From Phallusia mammillata (lineage: Eukaryota), in the NCBI GenBank assembly GCA_965637545.1, contig OZ281499.1, forward strand, positions 15,996,001 through 16,060,000: DNA of 64,000 bases, read 5' to 3'. Made by a program: the position numbers and the translations under genes. Within the stretch, counting starts at the first letter, position 1, and each line of letters opens with the position of its first letter. This document shows positions 1 to 11,511 of this stretch, in pieces. The notes below the pieces were generated by a model. It searched no databases and was not told where the DNA came from. It saw nothing but the letters and a program-made list of their open reading frames with translations.

Positions 1-1579
1 GTACACGACGTAACGTTGTTGAGACAAGATTTCGCGGGCCCCAAATTCAAACCCGAACCCAAATTGAGGCAAGTTTCCATCTAAAATACGTACACAAAAC
101 GTCAATTTAATCTGTTCTGCTTTGCCTACTGGTAAAAGCACTTACTTTGGACTGCCCTAGAAAGGCTTTTCACGCTTGTTGTATTTTGTGCAAATGTACT
201 GCAGCAACAGAGCATTAAAAGCAAAACTGCCTGGTAGATACTCCACCAAAATTGTTCTGAATTTTTATAACAATGCATTTTATGTTAAACACACACCGAC
301 TGTGACTGTTCTTACACTTCATGAAGCAATGTGCCTTATTCACCAAAGGAAAATGACGTCACGCAGTTTGTGCACAAAAATGTGTTTCATGGATTCGACT
401 TTGAACCTTTAATGATTTTTAATGACCATAATTTAGTACGGACGTTGGGTATTTTTTTGTTTACGTTTGTACGTTTTGCAAAGTTGGACTTGCAAAAAAT
501 CACAAAAAGATGAACAAGGAGCCAAACGTGCACAGTACGAAGCGGTGGCGTGTGTATGAAACACTACCCAGTAAACTGAAGGGTTTTGTAAGACATACAC
601 AATAGCCAAGTAACCCTAACGCTTCTACTGTTACATGATAGAATATTTGAAGGTAAGCAAACCAGCAGAGTTTTCCAGTCAGTGTACCCAGCCCGAATCA
701 TGTACATCCTGTTTGCTGGTAAACACAGACAACACGGTGTATAAGACCTAAAAACTGTAACGAATAAGACCAAAAACATATGTTTTTTGTGGTACCAAGG
801 TTAAAAATCACATAATACTATTTGAACGCTCTGCTGTTAGGTGGTGGATTGTCAAGTTGGCAGGCACAAGTGGTTTTGTTCAATTGCTATTGTTGTGTGG
901 TCTTGTTCAAACAATCCAGTGCTGTAACTACCCTCCCAATTGTGCTTATGCCACATGCCTGCCCGCAAATACCTACAGCTTTCACACCAGCCTTAGTTCT
1001 ACATTAACACAAGGTAAAATGCCTGTTTTTAGTTTGTGTTCATGTCAATTTTTAGCATGGTTACTGTATTTTTATTGCATTACACCTAGTATTTATACAT
1101 AATCTGTTACTGCCTTGCATAATATCAAGTTTATAGAGCTCTTCTGGCAAATGTATTTAGTATTTACAATGGGATTGTTTTAAAATATTTCTTTTATACT
1201 TTAAAAAATCTGCCCAATTTTTGAAAGCATCACATTGGAATGATTTAACATTTCTGTTTTCACAAATATACACTAAATGAAACTATATTTATTTATTCCA
1301 AAACTTTTTACACATAAAAACAACATAACAGCATAAGGTATCATTTATAACACACTGAACGGAATGAAGCAATTGGTACAATATTCCCCCCAAACAAAAC
1401 ACCCCAAATAAAAAATCTGCAAAACATGTCCCAAAATGGAGGCACTGTTAAAAATTACACAGGTTTTCTGCCACAAAATAAAGTGTTAATGAATACACAC
1501 ATGCCTTGCCATACAAAACCATAGTTTGGCATTGCTAGTAACAAAACATAAATTTGTTCGCAACCTTACAAAATAGTGT

Positions 1580-3350
1580 TTAGTTAAGCATGCATGATTC
1601 ATATGTCGGAACCATGTATTTGATGTTAATGAATGCGTCTTCCCCTCCATGTTTTTCAAATGCCTCCAAAGTCTCCTGAATCAAGTCTCCAATATTTTCT
1701 CTTTTCTGTTGACTATAATCAATTCCATCACCACTATTCACTGCACACAAGAAAAAATGTTTTTAAAAGCTGCGATTGAACATCAGGCAACGTTAGCACA
1801 TGGTTCACGAAAAAGAGGGGACTTTTTATTGTATTGCATTGTGTTCATTAAGCAGTTTGAAGGGTCTATCTAATCTGGCCCTGAATGAACCTCACCATAA
1901 GGTGCATTTAGGATGGGAAAGTTAACATTTATTACAACTTTATATTAGGTAATTTTCTTTTAACACTGCTTTTACAAACATTAAATGCACAAACACTTGA
2001 AACTGTATAAAAATTAAAAACCATAAGTTTTCCTATGCTTTGTAGACCCTGTGACTTGTTTTTTGATTTTATGGCCATAGGTGATAAACTATATTTCAGC
2101 TGTGCAAACTTGATTTGTTTTTGTTGCAGTTTTTATCACTTACAGTTGTTGTTCTTGAAAATGTTGAGGATGGGCAGAATTTGTCTGTAGTAGGGAACAA
2201 GAGCCTCACCCACCATGTCAGCAGAAACCACAAGATGTTGCAAAACCTTTAGTGTGGTGCAAATTACAGGACGGTTTCTGGTGTTTAGGGCATCTGAAAA
2301 AGAAGCAATACAGTACAAAAAATATCCAATACATTTATTTACTACACATTCAGCACTACAAAACAAACAAAAAGTGAGTAAAAATGTCACAGATATCTTT
2401 ATATACCATGATGGTAAACAGACAATAAAACGTATTTTTATTTTGCAGTTCTACTTGACAAAGATTCGGTACGAAACATTAGACATTGAAAAATAATAAA
2501 AAAGAAAACTGTGGATGCTTAATGGTTTATATTGGTTCACCAAAACTTACTTTTGATAGGAATGATCAGTTGTGGAATGACTGGCAAAATTTTAGATCCA
2601 CCATGCTCAAGCATATCATGGACACCTTGTCGGGCAAAGAATTCATATGGGTGGACAGTTTCGCAGAGGCCATCATAAAATAATGGGAGGTAGTGATGAT
2701 AGTCCAGCTTCTCAATTTCAACCTAACAAATAAAATTTTGTAACAAAAGCCTAATCATCTATATTAAGTTGTGCAAAGTAAGTGGAAATTGGATCAAATG
2801 GATTACACAAGGCTGTAGTGAAGAGCAACAAAGGTAGGATACAAGTAAAACCACTGCTAAGCAATAAGTTTATTTGTCATACTTTCCATGCTATCCTGTT
2901 CCCCTTGGTATCATGCTCCAGAGCAATGGGAAAATCACCTCGCTCATAGAACTTCCTGAACGCTGTTGGTTTCGCTGGTCGTGATTTGAAAGCATCAGCT
3001 GCTGGTGGCCCTTTTACCTGAAGTCATATCATAATTATTTGACTTTGTTTTAATTTAAATGATGTTTGTTGACATCTTCAGGTAGGTCACTGTTTAAATC
3101 ATGTTGGTTTTGCAGATTCCTCCAAACATTATTGAAATCGGCTACCAACTATTTGATGCCTTTAAAACATCAAATTTGATGCAGGGACCAAGGCATAAAA
3201 AACTTTATTTTTGTTGTGAAATTGTCCGAGGCATAGGTTAAGTTCCAGTTTGACACTGTTACAATTGGTACATACCTTTGAATTCTTCATGTAGGACTGC
3301 AATGAAAATCCCTGTGAGCGACATTGCTTATGTACCGCAGTAGAAGACAT
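1580..3350 (-). CDS. PACRG: Parkin coregulated gene protein (axonemal inner-junction protein), 5 coding exons, 230 aa
   Basis: Exons 3350-3276, 3017-2883, 2722-2551, 2293-2144, 1740-1580, all GT-AG and phase-consistent (693 nt). Translation contains PACRG hallmarks [93 protein letters not shown] and [53 protein letters not shown] splice acceptor precedes the ATG exon at 3400-3401. Confidence 0.97.
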
Positions 3351-4013
3351 TTTGGATGTCAAATTTACCCCAACCCCAATTTGACTTAAAACCTTACTTC
3401 TGTTGAGTAAAAAAGGGCAGTTGCATTTTCATGTCAACAAAAATATCCCTTCCAGGGAACTTATACTTAAACACATTTGAACATACATAGATTCACACAG
3501 TTGTGAGAGTACTTCAGTATTTTAAAGCATCACAGTTCACATAGCAAACACAGCGCTATATAAATGTTACAAATACATGAAGGTAGGTTACAAGGCCTAA
3601 TCCTGTGGGTAGTCTATTAAAGTTTCGTTAGCAAAATTAACATTTAAAAATATACCTATGACACTGCACAATTGAAACCTTTAAAGTCTGATTCATTAAA
3701 ACTATTGTTACTATACACAGAGAAAATAAAATATTCAAGAAAAAATTATATCGGTATGTTTGGAAAAGAACATTATGTTGCCTACAAAAATACTTTCACC
3801 ATCGGCACCTGGTATTTGCCCTTTGTTCAACAATACGGGGATTGTTTATAGTGTTAGAGATAGAAAATCAATACGAATCACCTGCCTTTTAACATTACTA
3901 ACCGTCAGCTGCCCACGCTAAATTGCCTTAAACAGTCGAAATATTCATTTATTGCTCAACAACTAGTACTCGGTAACTTTGTAAGACGAGTACTGTAAGC
4001 AACGGAGCGCACT

Positions 4014-4026
4014 GTTGCTATGCGAC
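4014..4026. promoter_or_regulatory. RFX X-box-like motif upstream of PACRG
   Basis: GTTGCTATGCGAC resembles the X-box GTTGCTATGGCAAC, about 660 bp upstream of the PACRG ATG. PACRG is a ciliary gene of the kind RFX regulates. The match is imperfect. Confidence 0.35.
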
Positions 4027-4461
4027 CGTTTACTTTGTAAGGGTCAAAGGTGAAACGACAATTTTTATTTTCAAAAAGGGTAACAAGTTTTATTCTTCCG
4101 CACAAACTTACCTGCGGAATAGAATTTTCATGTACGTTCAACTGTATTGCTATTAGGTAATTATAGATTACTTGCTCTAAAATAGGACCTTTCACTGTCC
4201 TTGAATACACTTGACCAGTTATAGTCGTTAAAAAACCACCCGAAAAAAACTCGCTAGTGTCTACTTCACAAAATATTGCTTTCTGCAGTACGAGGTATGA
4301 AACCAGTGCCAGGGTGCCTTTCTATCACACGAACACATTTTCTTATCTTGTATTATCACGTAGGCTACGATAAATGCATTGCGGTGTTGGAAAACGAGAC
4401 TGTTACAAATGTGACAACAAGAAAAGGTTTAAAAAACGAGGCAGTCTTTGCCTTTCTTCAG

Positions 4462-7400
4462 TTATGCACGCATATTGCCATCACTGCCGTTTAAGTCAAA
4501 GGCCACTTGTTCTTCACAGTGGTAACCTTTGTGGCCGACACCTCGATGGTCACTGGGTATCGAATATTTATTCACAGCGGAATGCCATCTAAACAATAGA
4601 ATAGATTTGTATTAGCTTTAAACAGAATACATAATCAGTAGCTTTATAAAGTATTACAGCTCAGACAATGAATGAATTATTCTCGATATAGGCTACTTAA
4701 TTCAACACTGGTTCACCCTTTGTTGTAAATCTTATTTAAGGCGGATTTAAGTTTTATGTATTACACTAACATAGAATAAAAAAAAAACATCACCAGGATT
4801 TCGTGGAAAAACGGCTTAACATTCCAGAAAAAGCGTATGGTTAAAAATTACCTCTTGCTACCTTTATCGCACTTTGGAAAACAACGAAATAGGATGTAAA
4901 AAATTTATTGATAATTATTTTTGATTAAAAGAAGTCTTTCACCAGCTAGTAATGACTTTGACAGTATAAATAAACATACTTGACGCTGGTTTGGTAATCT
5001 TCGGCTTCTCCACAGTTTCGCAGGAACGTCCAGTAAGCGATAAGCTTTGAACGGTTGAGATACCCCACCATAACGCTGACCAATGCAAGTACAGTTCCAC
5101 AAATTATAATAAAAGCAAGTTGGGCTGGAGTAAGTTTGAATTCTTTCACACCCCAATCGCTGTGACAGTAATGAATTTGTAGCTCATCCAGTCGCGCCAG
5201 CGTCAAACCTTAACACAAAAACAAAAGTTTAGAAAAACCTATTTTAAGTCGTTTGAATTAGTTACGAATTTTATCAATGACGTAATTTTAAAGACGTCAT
5301 TTATTAATTTATGACGTCATGTATAACTCGCATGCCAATCCCCCTTGTTCCACCCTATACGTCACTGGTGTTACCGAGCAGACAGCGGTAGGTAGGAATA
5401 GTCTGGTAGGTAATGAAGCGTGCACTCGTAACGAAGTCGTATTGATTAGTGCATTACATGCCATTTGTACAAAGCAGCACATAAATAATAGAAGGGCCAA
5501 GAAACTCAAAGGACCCTTTGTGGCTTATGCCGTGTGTTACAACCTACAATAGCTACGCCTCAAAGGCGCTTTGGCCAAATTACATTTGAACATTTTTTGC
5601 ATAGTTTTATGGTCGGACACTTAATGCAAAGCTTGTCTTATTGTTTCTGAACAATTTGTACCTATATTAAGTATCTGGTCCACTTAAGCATAGAGTATTT
5701 AGAGAAGCGTTGTCAAAAACTTTAAACAATTTTTTAGTTTCTCCCAAATGCGTTCGGATGTAAATTATATGCTAAAATTGACGAACCGCACACATTTGGC
5801 ATTTCAATTTAATGATAAATTAACAAAAAAGTATTCATCACTGTGATTGGCCCTGAGATCTCATACTTCACGTGATATAAAAGCAATTTGTAAACGGGTA
5901 GACAAAAAAACGATATGTGCTTTCCAATCTAAATATTGTTGCCATTGACAAACAATTTATTGCATTTTCCACAAAATTTATTTTACTAAAACGTATACAT
6001 ATATTTACGTATTTTTACTATTACAGACCCAGTTGCTTTAATAATATACCGTTGCAGAATTGCAAGCGGGTCCGAACCCGGCACGAACCCAAAAGTATAA
6101 GCCCGAAACCCGGCGAATCGTTTTTATGTTTAAAAGTTTGATTGACAGGTCTATAATCAAGAAGAAATGCACAATGGGCAATAATAGACAATGGCCTATG
6201 CAAGACATTTCATAGCCAAAACCCAACCCCAAATCTGGGCCGACTTACAATTCCGTACCATCATAAACACCGCCAGGTATGTCTGCCTTGGAAACCTCTT
6301 TTGCATTAAAAGCAAGTTACCTTTCAAAGGAGACGGTTTGTCGCAAGCCAGCTTTTTCCAGTCGGTGATAATCGCTTTTCCGCTGCTCTCAAACAGAAAA
6401 TGCATGGCAGTTTTAATGCTGCAACTGCAATCCATAGGGTTGCCCCCTAACAGTAACTTTACTTGTGGTAGATTGATGTCATTGCCCAGAAGACGATAGA
6501 TCGGTGTCCTACTGCGGTGTTTTGTCCAAATCGTTTGCGAATGATGCAGTATTTCGTCGCTAAAACCGGTAATGTTGTTGTACGTCACATCAACCAAGAT
6601 TTTTCGAATAGAATCGATAACGTCCACTAGAGGCGCTGGAGTGTCCGCATTGCTTGAATTGGGAGCAAGCTTGTTCCGATATGATTTAGACTCAGATTGT
6701 TTGTCAAAAAGTGCCCACAGCTTCAGTAAGGTTTCTTGATTAAAATTGTTGTGTGAAAAGCTTAGAAGTTCAATTGGCGAGTTTTTCAGAACGTTTTGCA
6801 GTACAGCAACATTTGGTATTCGTAAACTGTTATTGCCCAACATCAATCGTTGAAGATTTGGGAAATTTAGCGTTTCACGACCGGGTAGATAAAGACCACC
6901 GACCTTAATGCCCGTAACTAGTCCAGCCTGAAAAACTCTCCATATCGTTTTTGGTATTTCTCGACTAGCAACGACATTTATCAAGCTCAGGTCTTGTAAA
7001 CTCCACGCAACCGGCCACAGGAAAGAATTGTAAAAAGCGCGGACAAACGGATTTCCATTCAGAGATAAAACTGTCAAGTTTTTAAAGAATGCAAACGCAT
7101 CTTTGTCTATAAACTTTATCCCGTTGTTGCTTAGGTCCAGAAAATGAACTTGTCTGAATGATTTTAAACTTTCTGCATACAAAGTGTCATTGGGCACACG
7201 ATTGTTTGTATAAGTTAGCGCAGTTGTCCAAGTTGGCAGATTTGGGAGGGCTAAGCGACCCCCCGAGCATGTAACCTCTGAGCAGTTGAAAGAACACGAG
7301 CACTTGGGTGGACAGTTAGCCGGACGATATGTTGTGAAATCAGGAAGTTCTGTGGCGGTGTTTGAGTTGGTGACGGCTGTAAAAACTGAAAGCAAAATAT

Positions 7401-8296
7401 ATAAACTGCTCTTTATTTCGAAACAAATATATGAACACTGTGTCGAATAAGCACCGAAGGCTCTTGCATTTATAAACAAACTCAAAAAGCTGAGTAAAGG
7501 GTATGTGGTGCCCATACCATGTAATGTCTATACCAGGGGTTCCCAAACTTTTTTGGTCTGTGGCCCAAATGTCTATTGAATAGCGATTCGTGGCCCACCA
7601 TGTGCTGTAAATTTGGGCACAAACAAAAAAATTCAAAAACAGGCGAAATGTTTTCTAGTAATTTATTTTAATGAGATACATGCTCCTGAAATTTGGCTAC
7701 AAGATTCGGAATTCTTTGCAAAAATTATGTTTTTCAAAACAAAGCGCATAACATCTACAGTATAACAAAACAGTAGAATCTGTTCCAATGGCTCTGTGGC
7801 CCATTGAAAATGTCTTGGTGGCCTAGTACTGGGCCATGGCCCACAGTTGGGGAACCACTGGTCTATACAGTATGAATTTTTGTGACCTATTAAACCTATC
7901 ACAAACCACAGCGAAGCAGTTAGGTGGCTGCGTACAAGTACATACCGTTGTGCAAGGGAATATACCATCAAAAAGTGTGGTGAACCAACATGGTAACAAT
8001 AAGTGTAAAGAGATATAAATGCTTGCTACAGGGTTTTATTGGGTCCCAATCTAGTCGGCGTTAACCCGAGATGCTAGGCCTAAATGAAGTATTACTAATG
8101 TGTATAACATGGTAATAACTAAAAAGACTAATACATGTTCCATATCACTACTTAGACAATTCACAAACTTACAACTTGTGGCGTTGGCAGGACTTAAAAC
8201 CTCGGTAACTGTAGTGGTCTGTTTTGCAGTTGAAGTTTTCAGCATTGCAGGCAATACTCCAGTTGTAAAAAGAAACAACAACCATCTAAGAGTCAT
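4462..8296 (-). CDS. Trophoblast glycoprotein (TPBG/5T4/WAIF1)-like single-pass LRR protein, 4 exons, about 511 aa
   Basis: Exons 8296-8173 (signal MTLRWLLFLFTTGVLPAMLKTSTA), 7376-6321 (acceptor could also be 6 nt upstream), 5208-4980, 4588-4462; phases 1,1,2 are consistent. LRRNT CPPKCSCSFNCSEVTC, LRRs FLDLSNNGIKFI / VLSLNGNPF / RLMLGNNSL / LLSFSHNNF, LRRCT GGNPMDCSC...LAC. TM and juxtamembrane GTVLALVSVMVGYLNRSKLIAYWTFLRNC resembles TPBG IVLALIGAIFLLVLYLNRKGIKKW. Confidence 0.8.
7534..7860. mobile_element. Non-autonomous hAT (Charlie/Buster-type) MITE in intron 1 of the TPBG-like gene
   Basis: TIRs CAGGGGTTCCCAAACT / AGTTGGGGAACCACTG; perfect 8-bp TSD GTCTATAC at 7526-7533 and 7861-7868. 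Confidence 0.92.
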
Positions 8297-10180
8297 GATC
8301 CTTGCCTACATCCAGTCCAGCAGTTTCATGCATTTCGTTACACCGACGATTTAAACGTACACCACACTCAGCATATTTCTCCAGACACCTTAGCGACCTG
8401 TTAACATGTAAAGATGAAACTTTACGTGAACTATATGCATGACTTGGAAATCACGCTCTTAACATTGCGATGACCAATCAACACCTCGTTAAGCTTGCGA
8501 ACTTTGACTGACCCTGATGATGCAGTGGTTATATAACAAGTCTATTTAGTGCTACACTAAAGCCCCAGAATCAACCATTGAATGATGGTGTATAGAGAAG
8601 TCAGATCTTATTTCTCGAAGGCTATATGATAAATCTCATCTCTGCCGTGCGTCTATGCCGTGATCGAATTCCCCCAGGGAACTCGCGGTCAATTTTTGAA
8701 GCCTTGTTTCACGCTGCCTAACATGAACAAGCCAATTAATTGATTTTCGCCAAGTAACAGGTCTTACCCTTATTAAGAAAGTCATGTGTCCCTGTGGTGA
8801 TGACCACCGTCAAAATCGATAACAACCTGTTAGCGCGTAACACCCCTAAGCTTTCAGTCAACGCAGTGTCCTGACATTATGAACTCTGATAATTACGAAG
8901 GCACGTTGCTGTCTTCTGTAAGGGCTGTAAATTAAAATCTGTGTAGCTGGGTCTAAACAACTAAATCTTCAGAGATATTGATGGCGTTCTGTTGACACTT
9001 GGTATATTGGCACTTAATCTTTTGTCTTTTATAATTGGACTTAGCTCCCTTGGTGAAAGGCTATCAATTTGGGAACTATTACATTAAGAGACATGCATAC
9101 AACTTTGACAAAAAAACGTCTACCTTTTTCGCCTGAGTTACCAAACACAATAGTTGAATAAAATATTGGAAACACGAAAACGTATCAAACAGCTCACTGA
9201 ATAGATGTTTGCAAAATTTGATGGTTAACGTTTATAAAACCAAAATACTCTAATACTAAGCGCAGATCTTCAGCAATCAACTTTAACTAAACTAACGAGA
9301 CTCAACTGTGAGGAATAACAGCTGACTTTTATGACCCGATTGCACAACGTCTCCCAATGTCACTGACTTGTTGATCTACTTGTTTTTAAAGTGGTGGACT
9401 ATAACGCAGTTAAAAACGTACTACATTGATACAAACAAAATTGTCAGTGCAGTTTGAAGCAAAAAATCAAAAATATTCTAAAATTTATGTTTTTATTTTT
9501 GGTTAAAACTTATAAAATTAACTTACTTAAATAAACTGTTGCTGCAAGGCATAATATATGAACTAAAATTACCCTGATGAATTAAGGCGACCTGAATGAG
9601 GACGTCGAAACGTCAATTAAAAGAATACCCTATATTTTTCATAAATACATTATTTAGCTAATAAACTTACTTAATTTGTTTGTTTTTGCAAAAACAAAGA
9701 AAACCCAACCCCCTCAAACCCAAAAATCGTTTTAGGTAATTTTTTGATTGGGAAAATTATGCACTCATCTTTCCAAACCAATCATTCTTTTTTTAACAAT
9801 AACAGACTTCCAAATGCTTTCTTTCAGTTCTCTGTATTTGCATTTAAGAAATTTTGCAATCTAATATTAGCAAACGTCAAGCTATAAAACTGTTGAGCAA
9901 TTCCAAACGTAGCATCCCAAAGTCTGTAACTACAAGCTTCAGTTGTAAAATTCTACTAAGTTGTCTCAACTCTAAATCATGAACTATTTACGCTATTTAC
10001 AACACGAAAAAAGGAATTTGCTTCACTTTCGGTCAGGTAGAACCCTTGCTTGTGTTTTTTACGACCACAGAGGTCTTGTCTAACGACCTTTTCTTTTAAT
10101 ATTTCATGAAGTGCTACGTGTCGAGTCTCGCTTCGTTTCTGTTCATAACATTCTCCCATTTAACGAACCAGCAAACTGCA

Positions 10181-10500
10181 CTACACTTTGTTAATTACCA
10201 AACTGAGTCATCAATTTTAATCACAGAAGACAAGAACATTTTCTGGTATTTTACTCAACGACGTGGTCATTTTCAAAAGCTGGTCGAATATATTGCAGGT
10301 TTATTGTCAGTTTTGGCCTTTAATTCAACTCCATGTATTCTGAAAACCGTACTACACTTTGTTAACTACCTAACTCAGACATCAATTTTAATTTGCAAAG
10401 ACAAGAACAGTTTCTGACATTTTCCCAAAAAAACGTAGTCGTTTTTAAAAGCTAATCGAATAAAATTGAGGTTTATAAGCTGTTTTGGCCAATATTGTAA
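10181..10500. repeat. Diverged tandem duplication, period about 171 bp
   Basis: CTACACTTTGTTAA(T/C)TACC(A/T)AACT...CATCAATTTTAAT...AAGACAAGAACA starts at 10181 and again at 10352, with continued similarity (AAAAGCT, TTTTGGCC). Confidence 0.7.
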
Positions 10501-11511
10501 CTACATTGTATTTGCATGCAAGCTGGCCGCGAGTACAAAAGATCGATAGTAAGGTACTTTGAATTTGTCCATCATGCCCCAAAGGCTCAATACAACTGAA
10601 GTTATATTAGCCTTTGTGCGCCATAAAACCTTTGTATACTGCCATTGTTCTACTTCTTGCCGACGAGTACAAGCCAATTGAATAAAAGTTGAGTTATAAG
10701 GAATATATTTAAAACGACAAACATTGTAATTGCGCAACATAGTAAAACTACAACAACTACATCTTAAAAAACAAAGCACCACGGTTGTCCGAAAAACAAA
10801 AACACTTGGCAACTTGCTATTGTTTATGTTTGCCCCGAAGGCTTTCTTTATCACATCGGCTCTCTGTATAAAGTAACTACTATTTGCTGGTACATATTTC
10901 GGGTTCTGGGATTCAAGCGGTTGGATTCGGCGACATGGTGGAAATTCAGTCACTAAAAACGGAAAGCAAAAATTCATAAAGTGGATTGAATAATTCCATG
11001 CGCCTATGTGGTGGGGCACAAGTAACAGAGTAATATTTTGGCATCTACTTAATTCTGCTTATAATTAGGTTTGTATTTTTCTTACATTTTACTCAAAAGA
11101 GATTGGGCTCTATGTAAATCCCGCAAAACTGATTTACATTGTAACAACCCATTCTTGCTAATGTACTCTCATGGGCGGTGCCAACGGTACAACACCCCAC
11201 TATAACGAAAAAGTAAAACACATTTTGGCGAATTAAAACTCTTGACAAAATGTACAGTTTCCAAAATGGAAGGCTTGAATATGGGATGAAGAAATGCAGA
11301 GTTTAAGTCTTTTTAAATGGGGCAAATATTATAACATTGAAAGTGACAAGTCAACCAAAGGAACACCGAATACACGCGCTGATTGTCGATTGGAGGCAAA
11401 AAGGAACACGACACAATGCTGATACAAGCAGTTACAGAAAAAATTTGGAACATTTGTTCGACGATAAAATACAGCTCAAAAAAGCAAACACCATTTCTGA
11501 GTCGCAGTTGT

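Noticed and set aside
143-1102. Short ORFs and exon-like segments at the left edge, including a hydrophobic minus-strand stretch AVLLLMLCCCSTFA
   Set aside because: No phase-consistent gene model or recognisable family could be built.
5270-5330. Cluster of TGACGTCA-like words (similar at 20310-20350 and 61765-61810)
   Set aside because: Not tied to a mapped promoter; such words are common in dispersed repeats.
8513-8530. CTGATGA hammerhead/box C-like word (also at 30113)
   Set aside because: No matching GAAA, stem II or box D at suitable spacing.
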